A stretch of 64,000 nt of DNA, taken from NCBI GenBank assembly GCA_965603825.1, contig CBFDEM010000032.1, positions 1 through 64,000 of the forward strand, read 5' to 3'. Positions 50,701-60,185 of the stretch are shown in pieces (position 1 is the first letter of the stretch; each line of letters opens with the position of its first letter). This DNA comes from Blepharisma stoltei ATCC 30299. Taxonomy: Eukaryota; Protista; Ciliophora. The notes below the pieces were generated by a model that saw only the letters and a program-made list of their open reading frames with translations, did no database searches and was not told the DNA's origin. Both the position numbers and the translations under genes were made by a program.

Positions 50701-52927
50701 TTACTTTTACTTGATGAACCAAAATGGCAGCCAATATGAGCCCGTCATTTTCCACAACCAAAGTGCGTTTCAGTCATTAGCCACCTATTATCAGCTGATG
50801 TCTAACACAATTTTGCAGACTGTAAATCCTGACATACAGGTAGTGGCTTATAATGCTCCTTTTGACTGGACCAAAAAAGTCAGAGAAAATGCTTCGGCAG
50901 GGGATGGAGTCCTTTCCTGTTTGATTTTTGGCTTAGCTTTTGCGTTTGTTCCTGCAGGGATTGCAACTTATGTGGTGAGAGAAAGGGAAACGAGCGTGAA
51001 ACACCAACATATGATAACTGGGATTTCTCTCTGGGCCTATTGGATTTCTAATTACATTTGGGATATCGTTAAATACTCAGCTGTTTATGCAGTAGCACTA
51101 TTTCTTATTTATATTTTCCAAGTCGATATTTTTACTGATGAAACTGATGATTTTGCTTGTATCGCTTTACTGCTTGGCCTATTTGGGATTTCTGTTATTT
51201 TATTTACATATGCGACTAGTTTTATATTTGATGACTATTCGTCAGCGCAGCTTACAAATATAGTTTTTCACTTTTTGACGGGCAGTTTGTTCCCTATTCT
51301 TGTATTTGTGTTATATCTTTTTGAAGAAACCAAAGATATTTCAAAAATCCTTGTATGAGTTTTTCGGCTTTTTCCAAATTTCTGTTTGGGAAATGGGTTT
51401 TTGTATTTAGGAACAGCACAAATAAGGTCAAGTATAGATGGGAAAAAAGACAGGTATGAGCCTTTTTCATGGGATAACGCTTTTGCAGACTGCGTAATGC
51501 TGATGGCTGATACATTTCTTTATTTATTAGTATTAATTATAGCAGAAGCATTTGAGTCAAATCCGTCCTTACGAAAACTAATAACAATGATAGACAAAGG
51601 CACCCCAGGAGAATACGAAAAAGATGAGGACGTTGAAGCTGAAAAAGAAGCTGCATTAAGCACAGATCCAAGAGAAGTGCAAGTCAACGTAAGAAAATTG
51701 AGAAAAGTTTACAAAGGAACTAAAGGGAAACGAGTTGTGGCTGTCGAAGACGTTAGCTTTAACGTCCCCAAGCGCCAATGCTTTGCACTGCTAGGTGTAA
51801 ACGGCGCTGGCAAAACCACCACTTTTAAAATGCTGACTGGAGAAATAGCTCCAACTGACGGTGAAGCGTTTTTAAGTAGTTTTAGTGTGCTAAGCAATTT
51901 AGATCAAGCCAGAGAAAACATAGGATATTGCCCACAATTTGACGCTTTAAGTGAATTATTAACATGCATGGAACATATAAGATTTTATGCGGAAGTAAAA
52001 GGCATCAATAAAAACAAGATTGATAAACTTGCAAAAGATTTATTAAGAGAGCTCGACCTTGTAAAATATACTGATTATACAGCTGGAACACTCAGTGGAG
52101 GTAATAAACGAAAACTGCAGGTCGCGATCGCGTTAATAGGGAACCCTACAGTTGTATTTTTAGATGAGCCTTCAGCAGGAATGGACCCTGAGACACGTAA
52201 AAAGCTATGGAGCGTTTTAGGAGATATCAAAAAACGTGACTCAGCCGTTGTTTTGACTACTCACTCTATGGAAGAAGCTGAAGCGCTTAGTGATAGGCTT
52301 GCCATTATGGTTGGAGGAAGACTTAGATGTATTGGAACTTCAACTTATCTGAGAAATAAATTCGGCCAAGGCTATGAACTTGAAGTAAAACTGTCAATTC
52401 CTAAGCCAAAACATGTACAAAAACGCAGTGCTGATTTAAATCCGGTACTAGGAGATGAGATAATTATAAAAGAAGATAAGGTTAAAGCTTGCCTAGAAGA
52501 GCTAGGAAGCGATGAATTATATGAAGAAATTTCTGAAAAAGGTTCGGGATCTGGACTATTTCAACAGATGTCGACTGATGGATATATATCAAGAGAAGCA
52601 TTAGTGTCTTGGATTATTGTAGAAAACAGAGGTGATAATATAATGAAATGACTAAAATCAGAATTTTCAGATGTGTCAATGATTGAGCATTATATGACGC
52701 TGTATAAGTTTAAGATAGGTAAGCAAGAAGATAAAACTATTGGATATCTGTTTAGCTCTGTGGAGAAGAAAAAGAAAGAACTTAAGATATCAGAATATGC
52801 ACTGAGTCAGACTTCTCTTGATCAGATATTTACTAATTTTGCAATGATGGGGGAAATTGAAAAAGCAGGACTAAAAAAGAGAAGGACGGCTATCCCATTT
52901 ACTGAGGAGGAAATTGAAAGACCTTAA
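47720..52927 (+). CDS. ABCA: Full-length ABCA-subfamily transporter, 1735 aa
   Basis: Single frame with UGA=Trp joins six ORFs. MEKEYRIKEIMCIMGL, GHNGAGKTT, LSGGQKRKL, LDEPTSGMD, GVNGAGKTT, LSGGNKRKL, LTTHSMEEAE. Confidence 0.96.
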
Positions 52928-53030
52928 TTAATCATGTTTTAAGATATAATCAAATTGTATTTTCCTATAATAAGCTAAAATTTTATAATAATTTTAGGCT
53001 ATTTTAAAACTTAATTTATTTTAAATAAAT

Positions 53031-53639
53031 TTACACACTTCTACTCCTACTCCTACTCCTCTTGTGATGATGCTTCCTTTTATGCTTATGTTTCCTATGC
53101 TTTTTCTTTTCCTTCGAAACACTATACTCCCCGCAATTTACAATGGTAACCGGAATCAAAGGTTTATCATACGCATCAGTCTGCATTCTTTCGATTTCTC
53201 TACAAATCTCCATCCCTTCAATAACTTGTCCAAAAACCACATGTCTACCATCTAGATGTCTGCATTCTTTTAATGTAATAAAAAATTGTGACCCATTCGT
53301 GTTTCTTCCCATATTTGCCATAGACAAAATTCCAGGCTTGTTGTGTTTTAATCGGAAATTTTCGTCTTCAAACTTAGGTCCATAAATAGAGAGTCCACCA
53401 GTCCCATCACTTTTTGTGAAATCGCCGCCTTGGAGCATAAAGTTTCGAATTACTCTATGAAAGATGCTTCCTTTATAAGAAAGATTTACACCTTTAGGAC
53501 TTCTTTTGTCGCCTATGCAGAGCTGTCTGAAGTTTTCACATGTTTTAGGAACGTCTTCGTAGAAGAGCTCAATTATAAGTTTGCCTGCATCTCTTTCGCC
53601 GATTCTTAAGTCTAAAAATACCTTTGGGAATTCTTCCAT
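53031..53639 (-). CDS. Cyclophilin-type PPIase with short K/H-rich and RS tail (SR-cyclophilin-like)
   Basis: [47 protein letters not shown], tail RSRSRSRS. Confidence 0.95.
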   Translation of the reverse strand: MEEFPKVFLDLRIGERDAGKLIIELFYEDVPKTCENFRQLCIGDKRSPKGVNLSYKGSIFHRVIRNFMLQGGDFTKSDGTGGLSIYGPKFEDENFRLKHNKPGILSMANMGRNTNGSQFFITLKECRHLDGRHVVFGQVIEGMEICREIERMQTDAYDKPLIPVTIVNCGEYSVSKEKKKHRKHKHKRKHHHKRSRSRSRSV

Positions 53640-54105
53640 TTATTAGCTTTACGTTTTTTAATATGAAAGCTCATTGATATGAAAAACAGTTGATGATAAT
53701 TATATAAAATTAGCAAAAATTTTCTCTATATATAATTTTCAGCAGTTTTGTCACGAATTCTTGTGGTTATATGCATTTATATTGCTTATAGACAGAAGCT
53801 TTAATCACATAAATAAGGCATTAAGAATATAAACCTAATAGTATAAAACATTAATACTTCTGCAATTTTCTTTGAATTCCATTTATATCAGCATGGCTTC
53901 TCTTGGGTGTTTTCGAAAACTGTCTTACCTATTGTTTCTTACTTTTTAAGTTCTTAAACCAATTGATACATCTAATTCAGAATAATCTAGTCAGTGGCCT
54001 ATATATCAGCCGCTATTAGGCGAATTCATTTAATCTTAACTCTTGTTTGCTAATTATTAAAATAATTTTTATATATTAGTTACTTATTTAACTTTAAGTT
54101 TTCGA

Positions 54106-54489
54106 CTAAAATAAGATACAGCAGCAGCCTTTTTCTTGATTTGTTTCATTGCTATTTTTGCTATCAGGCTGGGCTATAGACATTTTCAACGGAGCTTTAT
54201 AGTGCTCTGCTTCTGGCTTGTTGTCTCTTTCTGTTGGCTCCGTTACTTCAGTGGCCTCATTTGCTTCTTTTTCATCAACAATTGGAGTCGCGTTTGGCTG
54301 GACAAGAATTTTTTCGCTAATGTTAGGTAAAAACAGTTCTTTGTCTGCACGAGAATCATGCTCTTCGATGTTTTTCTTTTCGTTCTCTATTTCTCAGTAA
54401 GGAAACGAAGAAATGGCTTGTTTTATTTTATCTTGGAGAGAAAAGATTGTTTGACTGTGTGTTCTTAGAGCAATTTCAGGCTCTTCCAT
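54106..54489 (-). CDS. Small acidic protein with C-terminal CCCILF lipid-anchor motif, 127 aa
   Basis: Not in the ORF track. ATG 54489 to TAG 54106 with one UGA; ends QEKGCCCILF*; coding-like composition between AT-rich flanks. Confidence 0.75.
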
Positions 54490-55193
54490 TTAATCCAACA
54501 ACAATTAATCGAAATTACTTTAACATTAGAAATGGTTAAAACACGCAAAATTATAGTCAAATGAAATTTTCTTTATTGAAATAGATTGTCCTAATCTTGG
54601 ATTTAGTCTTTATTCTTAAATGAAGCTTTTTAAAATTATGATTTATTTAATCGATTATTCAATGCTGAACGTTACTGAAAATTCACACCCCATAGTTCAA
54701 CTAGATTAAATTTTTAAGTTTTAATTTTAAACGATTGAAAGAATAAAATCTAAAAAATTCTATAGGTGAAATTTAGATGCTTTTGAGAAGTATAAATGCG
54801 CGGCTTCTAATTTATCTTTGCTTATCATCTAATTGTTTTATCTTCAACAATAAACCTACATATTACTTTTAAGATTCACTTATCTTAGACTTTTGATGTT
54901 AAATTAGATTAAACATATATAATTTCATTATAAGCTATTTAAACTTTTACCTTAATATCTCTTTTAATAAATTATTTCTATATTTAATTTCGAGTATCTT
55001 TAACCTACATCCATATTCAAATTTTATTTATTTCAAAAATCATCATTGCATTTCGCAGAATAAACTTAAAATAATTTAAGCAATTATCCTTAATAATGCT
55101 AATCTTTATGGTACCTAATAAATATCAATTTTCACTTATCTTAAAAATAAGGCATATTTATCTTAAAGATCTTGAATAGTTAATATTAATTCC

Positions 55194-56675
55194 ATGAAAC
55201 TGGTTACTAGGCTTATTAACAAGTTCAAAGTGAACAACTCTATTCTTCTAGAAGAGCCATCAGCCCCCCTAATGAGTACCTCTATCCCTGGGCCTAAAGC
55301 CAAAGAACTCCTCTGCACCCAAAGTACATTTTCCCAAGATTTTCGCACTGTAATCCATAATCAGATAAAATTCATCGTAGACCTCAGCAAGTCAATAGGA
55401 AATTACGCAGTCGACGTCGACGGAAATATTATTCTTGACACTTACTGCCACATAGCTTCCCTTCCTCTCGGCTACAATCATCCAGACATGATTTATGTAA
55501 TTTTCATTCAGAACATTCAGTCAGGAGAGTACCAAAAATACTTAGCCCAAAGACAGTCAGCAGACCTCCCAGACATCCACTGGCCTAGAATGGTCAGAGA
55601 TATTTTATTGCCAATTGCCCCAAAAAATCTTAATGAAGTCATCGTAAACTGTGGGTGCGGGTCGAATTCCAATGAAGAAGCCTATAAGATTGCCTTTAGT
55701 TATTATATGAAAAACAAGCGAGGAGGCGCTCAGCCAAGTGAAAAAGAGATTGAGCTGGCTATGAATAATCAAGGAGAGCAATTGACAATCCTTTCTTTTG
55801 CCAGCGCATTCCATGGAAGGAATTTGGCATCACAGTCAACTACTCATAGCAAGCCAATTAACAAAATAGGACAGCCAAGATTGGACTGGCCTAAAGCTCC
55901 TTTTCCAGAAATTAAGCACCCTTATCATTTAAATGAAAGCCACAATATTAGAGAAGAGAAAAGATGTCTGGCTGAGGTAGAAAAAGTATTTAAAGCAGCT
56001 AAAAATCCGATTGCAGGAGTAATTATTGAGCCAATTCTGGCAGAAGGAGGCGATAAGTCAGCATCTCCTAACTTTTATATAGGTGTACAAGAAATTGCGC
56101 ATAAATATGGAGCTTTGTTTATTGTTGATGAAGTCCAGACTGGTGGAGGACCGACCGGAAGATTTTGGGGCCATGAACATTGGGGTGGAAGAGCTGATCC
56201 TGACATCGTCACTTTTGCAAAGAAATTGCAGGTTTCTGGACTATTTTATAAGCAACATTTAAGACCTGGACGAGCTTATGCATTATACAACTCAACCAGA
56301 GGAGACCCAGTCAGATTGCTCAATTTAAGAAAAATTAGAGAAGTCATGGACAATGATAATTTGTTAAGACAAACAGAACGCACTGGAATGCTACTAAAGA
56401 ACTCCCTTTCAGCTTTGTCTCAAAAGTACCCAATTTCTAATATTAGAGGCTATGGGACCTTTTTAGCTTACGATTTCATATCTCCTGAATGGGCGAATGC
56501 ATTTGTAAAAGAAATGCTAGAGCTTGGAGTCGCTGTTGGCACCTGTGGCACCCATAGCATAAGAGTAAGACCGAGTTTAATCTTCAAGCCAAAGCACGCA
56601 GAGATTTACTTAGACCGAGCAGAGTTTGCAATAAACCAGATCCTGTCTAAAGGATTTAAGTTAGCTAAAGTTTAG
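55194..56675 (+). CDS. ABAT: 4-aminobutyrate aminotransferase (mitochondrial-type GABA-T)
   Basis: TSIPGPK, GNYAVDVDGN, LPLGYNHP, AFHGR, STTHSK, EPILAEGGD, VDEVQTGGG, FAKK. Two probable in-frame 15-nt introns at 55350..55364 and 55497..55511. Confidence 0.93.
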   Translation: MKLVTRLINKFKVNNSILLEEPSAPLMSTSIPGPKAKELLCTQSTFSQDFRTVIHNQIKFIVDLSKSIGNYAVDVDGNIILDTYCHIASLPLGYNHPDMIYVIFIQNIQSGEYQKYLAQRQSADLPDIHWPRMVRDILLPIAPKNLNEVIVNCGCGSNSNEEAYKIAFSYYMKNKRGGAQPSEKEIELAMNNQGEQLTILSFASAFHGRNLASQSTTHSKPINKIGQPRLDWPKAPFPEIKHPYHLNESHNIREEKRCLAEVEKVFKAAKNPIAGVIIEPILAEGGDKSASPNFYIGVQEIAHKYGALFIVDEVQTGGGPTGRFWGHEHWGGRADPDIVTFAKKLQVSGLFYKQHLRPGRAYALYNSTRGDPVRLLNLRKIREVMDNDNLLRQTERTGMLLKNSLSALSQKYPISNIRGYGTFLAYDFISPEWANAFVKEMLELGVAVGTCGTHSIRVRPSLIFKPKHAEIYLDRAEFAINQILSKGFKLAKV

Positions 56676-56690
56676 CATATTTGATTAAAA

Positions 56691-58040
56691 ATGAGGCTGT
56701 TAATTTTAATCGTTAGTGTATGTTTTGCAGAATTCACTGACACATTAACCAAGGAAAACCAAAATTTACTAGAATCCAATCGATATTTACATTCTCAGCT
56801 TATCCAGCTAGCCCAAAAGGTGAATTTTACTACGCAAATCCAAGATGACTATTTTTATAACAAACAAATGATGCTGTCTTTAATAGGAGAATATGAAATG
56901 GAAGCTGACGAAATCGTTAGGACTGCTATTGCTGAACAAATGCTTGTATATACTCAAGGGTTATTTGAAGATGCCAATTTATTAGGAGGACATATAGAGG
57001 GTGTTTCCAGCAAAGAATTAATTGAAATCCACCATTTCCTGAAAACAAGCATAGAGAATATTAAAAAAATCCAAAGGGCTCAAAAATTCGGGACTGTTTA
57101 TAATGAGTTAAAAAGCATTGTTTTGGAAAAAGATATAAATGTCAGAGATTTACAAACTGAAAATGCTCAAATCAATGCAGAAATACAAAAGAAAAATGGA
57201 GAACTAGAAGAAGTGAAAAGTCTTTACAGCCATAATAAACAAAGAATTGGTCTGCTAAGGGAAGAGCTAGAAATGACGAAAAAAGACCATGAAGATTGGC
57301 TAAATTCGCTTAAATCGATATCACAAAGTGAGCAGCAGCAATCCCGAGCTAAAGAGCGCAAAAAATTTAAGTTGTATCAAGAATTACAAGATAAAATCAT
57401 TTCCAGCTTACAAACTAAAATTGCTGAACAAAGCATCAAAATCCAAGAGCTTTCCTCTGAAAAAGCAGCAATGACTTCTCGATCTCGTTTACTAAGCAAC
57501 ACAGTAGATCGGCTTCATTCTGACCTAGAACTAAAATCTTCTCAGTTGCAATCTGCTCAGCTGAAATTTGACGAATTTCGTGAACAAGTTTCTTTAGACA
57601 GTGACATTGAAATAGCAAGCATTGAAGAAAATGAGCGACAAGTGAAATCTCAGCTGAGAGAACTGAAGTCTAAACATACTGAGCTCTTAGTAACTTTAAC
57701 GTCTCTTCAGAAAGAAAAAGAATCAACTGTCTTTTTAATTGGCCAGTTTGATAACTATATTAGTGAGCTTGAACTTGAAGTAGCAGAATCAGCAAATAGA
57801 GAAGATTTAGCAGTGAAATTCAGAGATTTAGAAATAAAGCAAGAGGAAAATAAAGTTCAGGACTCATTTTTGATAAGAGATGAGGTGGGGAAAGAACTAC
57901 AGATTTTGCTTCAAAAAATTGATTCTGAAGCGAAATCAATACAGGAAATACAAGATAAGCTGCATGCTTTTGGGTATAGAGAGGAGGCTCCAAGTAAAAC
58001 AGTGACGACGTTTTCCAAAAAATTTCTTTTTTCAGATTAG
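56691..58040 (+). CDS. Signal-peptide-bearing coiled-coil protein, 449 aa
   Basis: MRLLILIVSVCFA followed by heptad-rich sequence. Confidence 0.8.
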   Translation: MRLLILIVSVCFAEFTDTLTKENQNLLESNRYLHSQLIQLAQKVNFTTQIQDDYFYNKQMMLSLIGEYEMEADEIVRTAIAEQMLVYTQGLFEDANLLGGHIEGVSSKELIEIHHFLKTSIENIKKIQRAQKFGTVYNELKSIVLEKDINVRDLQTENAQINAEIQKKNGELEEVKSLYSHNKQRIGLLREELEMTKKDHEDWLNSLKSISQSEQQQSRAKERKKFKLYQELQDKIISSLQTKIAEQSIKIQELSSEKAAMTSRSRLLSNTVDRLHSDLELKSSQLQSAQLKFDEFREQVSLDSDIEIASIEENERQVKSQLRELKSKHTELLVTLTSLQKEKESTVFLIGQFDNYISELELEVAESANREDLAVKFRDLEIKQEENKVQDSFLIRDEVGKELQILLQKIDSEAKSIQEIQDKLHAFGYREEAPSKTVTTFSKKFLFSD

Positions 58041-58055
58041 TGTAAATTAAGCATT

Positions 58056-58859
58056 TTAAGTATCTTTAGAAAGTGATTTAAGCTTGCTGTCAATTATAAT
58101 TGGAAAAGTTGGAGTTGCTAAGCTGAGCATCTGCAAATTATTTGGGGAAAAATGAGAAGCTAATAGGTTTTCAGGCAAAGATTCATTTTTAAAATATTGA
58201 GGATAATCGGAAATCACTATATAGAAAATACGTTGGATTATATTTTGTTTGCTATAAGAATATTGCATGGATAAGTTGTTTGCCTCTTCACAATCAAACA
58301 TAGGAATTTCCAATGATATTTCCATTTCAGAATTCAGAGTAGAGATCTTCGATAAATCCCTTTTGACAGGTAGGCCTCTTTTATTTAATAAAATTGTTTT
58401 AAGCCCTACAAGTGCGCCTAAAGAAAAAGCGTCTCCTTTGGCAAGCTGTGATATCATTTCGTGGGAAATTTTATCTCTTTTGGAGATTTCGATAAGCAAG
58501 TTTGCAGTTTTTATGTCGATATTTATGTTGATTTTTTTAGAGTTTTGTGTGAAATAGAGTGTGTATAATACATATAAAGCTTTTATTTCGAAATCTGGAT
58601 GCTTCATATAATCTAAATATATTTTACTGAATAAAATTCCTCAAATAATTTGGTAGAATTCTGATTTATTTTCTTTTGGATTCAAAGAGTGATGAATTAG
58701 ACTCAAATTGTTTGCTTTTCAATATTCTTTGAAGTTTTGAAATGAACTAAAGTCACCTTGATTTAAAATTATCTGTAAATCTTCAACTAATGCTAGTTCC
58801 CTATCTTGAAGAAGGCAACATGGAGAATGCTCAGATTCAAGAATATCTGAAAATTCCAT
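58056..58859 (-). CDS. SNAPC1: snRNA-activating protein complex subunit 1 (SNAP43)-like
   Basis: Extends to ATG 58859 with UGA=Trp: FQNFKEYW(UGA)K, KALYVLYTLYFTQ (cf. GALYLLYGLYNTQ), DAF. Probable in-frame introns 58613..58627 and 58217..58231. Confidence 0.78.
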
Positions 58860-59060
58860 TTATTTATATCTAATTATTTCCAAAATCCCACCAAAGTCTA
58901 AATTAAAGAAGTAAAGAAATTAAAAGTATCATTGCTCATCAAAATAATTTAACTAAAAGATATAAAAAATAATTAATAATATTAAATTTGAGTAATATTT
59001 CAGCCTAATTTATTACTCAGCAAGCTATATATTTAATTTCTTAATATCAAAATTTGTATG

Positions 59061-60077
59061 CTAAGCATTTGATAATCTATTTAATAACGAATTTCTCTTG
59101 AGCAGCAGAGGAGGTGAACTTATTGGAGTAAACTCATTATTTGCATAATCATTACAAAGAGAATCAATTCTATGGAAAAGAATTGGACTCACATAAACAG
59201 TAGAATCTTTTTTATTCTCTGCACCTTCACTTTCACTTCTAATTGGCTCTTCAATTATGGTGGAAAGCACTGAGTCTAGTTTCTCTAAAACTGGAATTTC
59301 AGGTAAAGGCTTGGTTTTACATTTTCTCGCTTTCTTTACGATAATCTTTTCTTTATTTTTATATGCTTTATATACACGCATAATTTCTTTATTTTCAGTA
59401 AGTTCCTTGATAAGTTTTGAGCTATCTGAATGATAAGGCGGTGACAATGATAAAATATCGTCTACATAAAAATTGTAGTCGATGATTGAGGGACTTTTGG
59501 AAGCTAAAATTGGTCTACTTAGCTCTCTAAATCTTTTATTTATGTCTTTTGAGACCACTTCTAAGGTGACATTGTATTTATTTACAAACTTTTCGTAATT
59601 TTTTTGGAAATTGTCTATTTTCCCACTTAAGAAGGCTTCGTATGGCCTTATATCATCATTCAGATATGATTTGGCTGCAAAAGCAGCATAGCATATCAGA
59701 AAGTGGAGCGAAGGCTCATTGTCAGCCCATCCTATTTTTTCAAGATAAATCGCCCATAGGGCTGTTTCAATTTCGTTGAGATCAAGATCTTGCATGGTCC
59801 CCAGCAAAAGTCTAAGAAGCGGCTGACATCTTCTGTCTGATGGGACTGCAGGATGCTGAACAATTCTTCTTAGAATTAATTGACTTGTCTGAGACATACC
59901 AAACTGGATAAACTCCCTGTGCATATCATCATATTGATTAATGTTAGTTTTTGCATCTTCCACTTCTTCTGTGTTAGAACACACGTCATCTTCTCTCTTT
60001 ATTTTTTTCACTGGACCTTTAGGTGGACGGCCTCTGTTACGTTTTGATGGATCATTACTAAATTCTGCTGGAAACAT
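59061..60077 (-). CDS. AT-hook protein with a divergent cyclin-fold-like domain, 338 aa
   Basis: KRNRGRPPK AT-hook; ETALWAIYLEKI..LHFLICYAAFAAKSYLNDD resembles the Pho80/PCL cyclin box pattern. Confidence 0.78.
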   Translation of the reverse strand: MFPAEFSNDPSKRNRGRPPKGPVKKIKREDDVCSNTEEVEDAKTNINQYDDMHREFIQFGMSQTSQLILRRIVQHPAVPSDRRCQPLLRLLLGTMQDLDLNEIETALWAIYLEKIGWADNEPSLHFLICYAAFAAKSYLNDDIRPYEAFLSGKIDNFQKNYEKFVNKYNVTLEVVSKDINKRFRELSRPILASKSPSIIDYNFYVDDILSLSPPYHSDSSKLIKELTENKEIMRVYKAYKNKEKIIVKKARKCKTKPLPEIPVLEKLDSVLSTIIEEPIRSESEGAENKKDSTVYVSPILFHRIDSLCNDYANNEFTPISSPPLLLKRNSLLNRLSNA

Positions 60078-60185
60078 TTATTAGAGATCTGACTAAATCT
60101 AAACTTATAAACTCAAGAGAAAATATAAGAGAAATACAATTGAAAAATTATATAAATTTCTTTATATATCTAATAATCAAATATA

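Noticed and set aside
3171-52927. Widespread pseudogenisation or selenocysteine suggested by fragmented ORFs
   Set aside because: Breaks are in-frame UGA at Trp-conserved sites, or tiny introns; the genes are intact.
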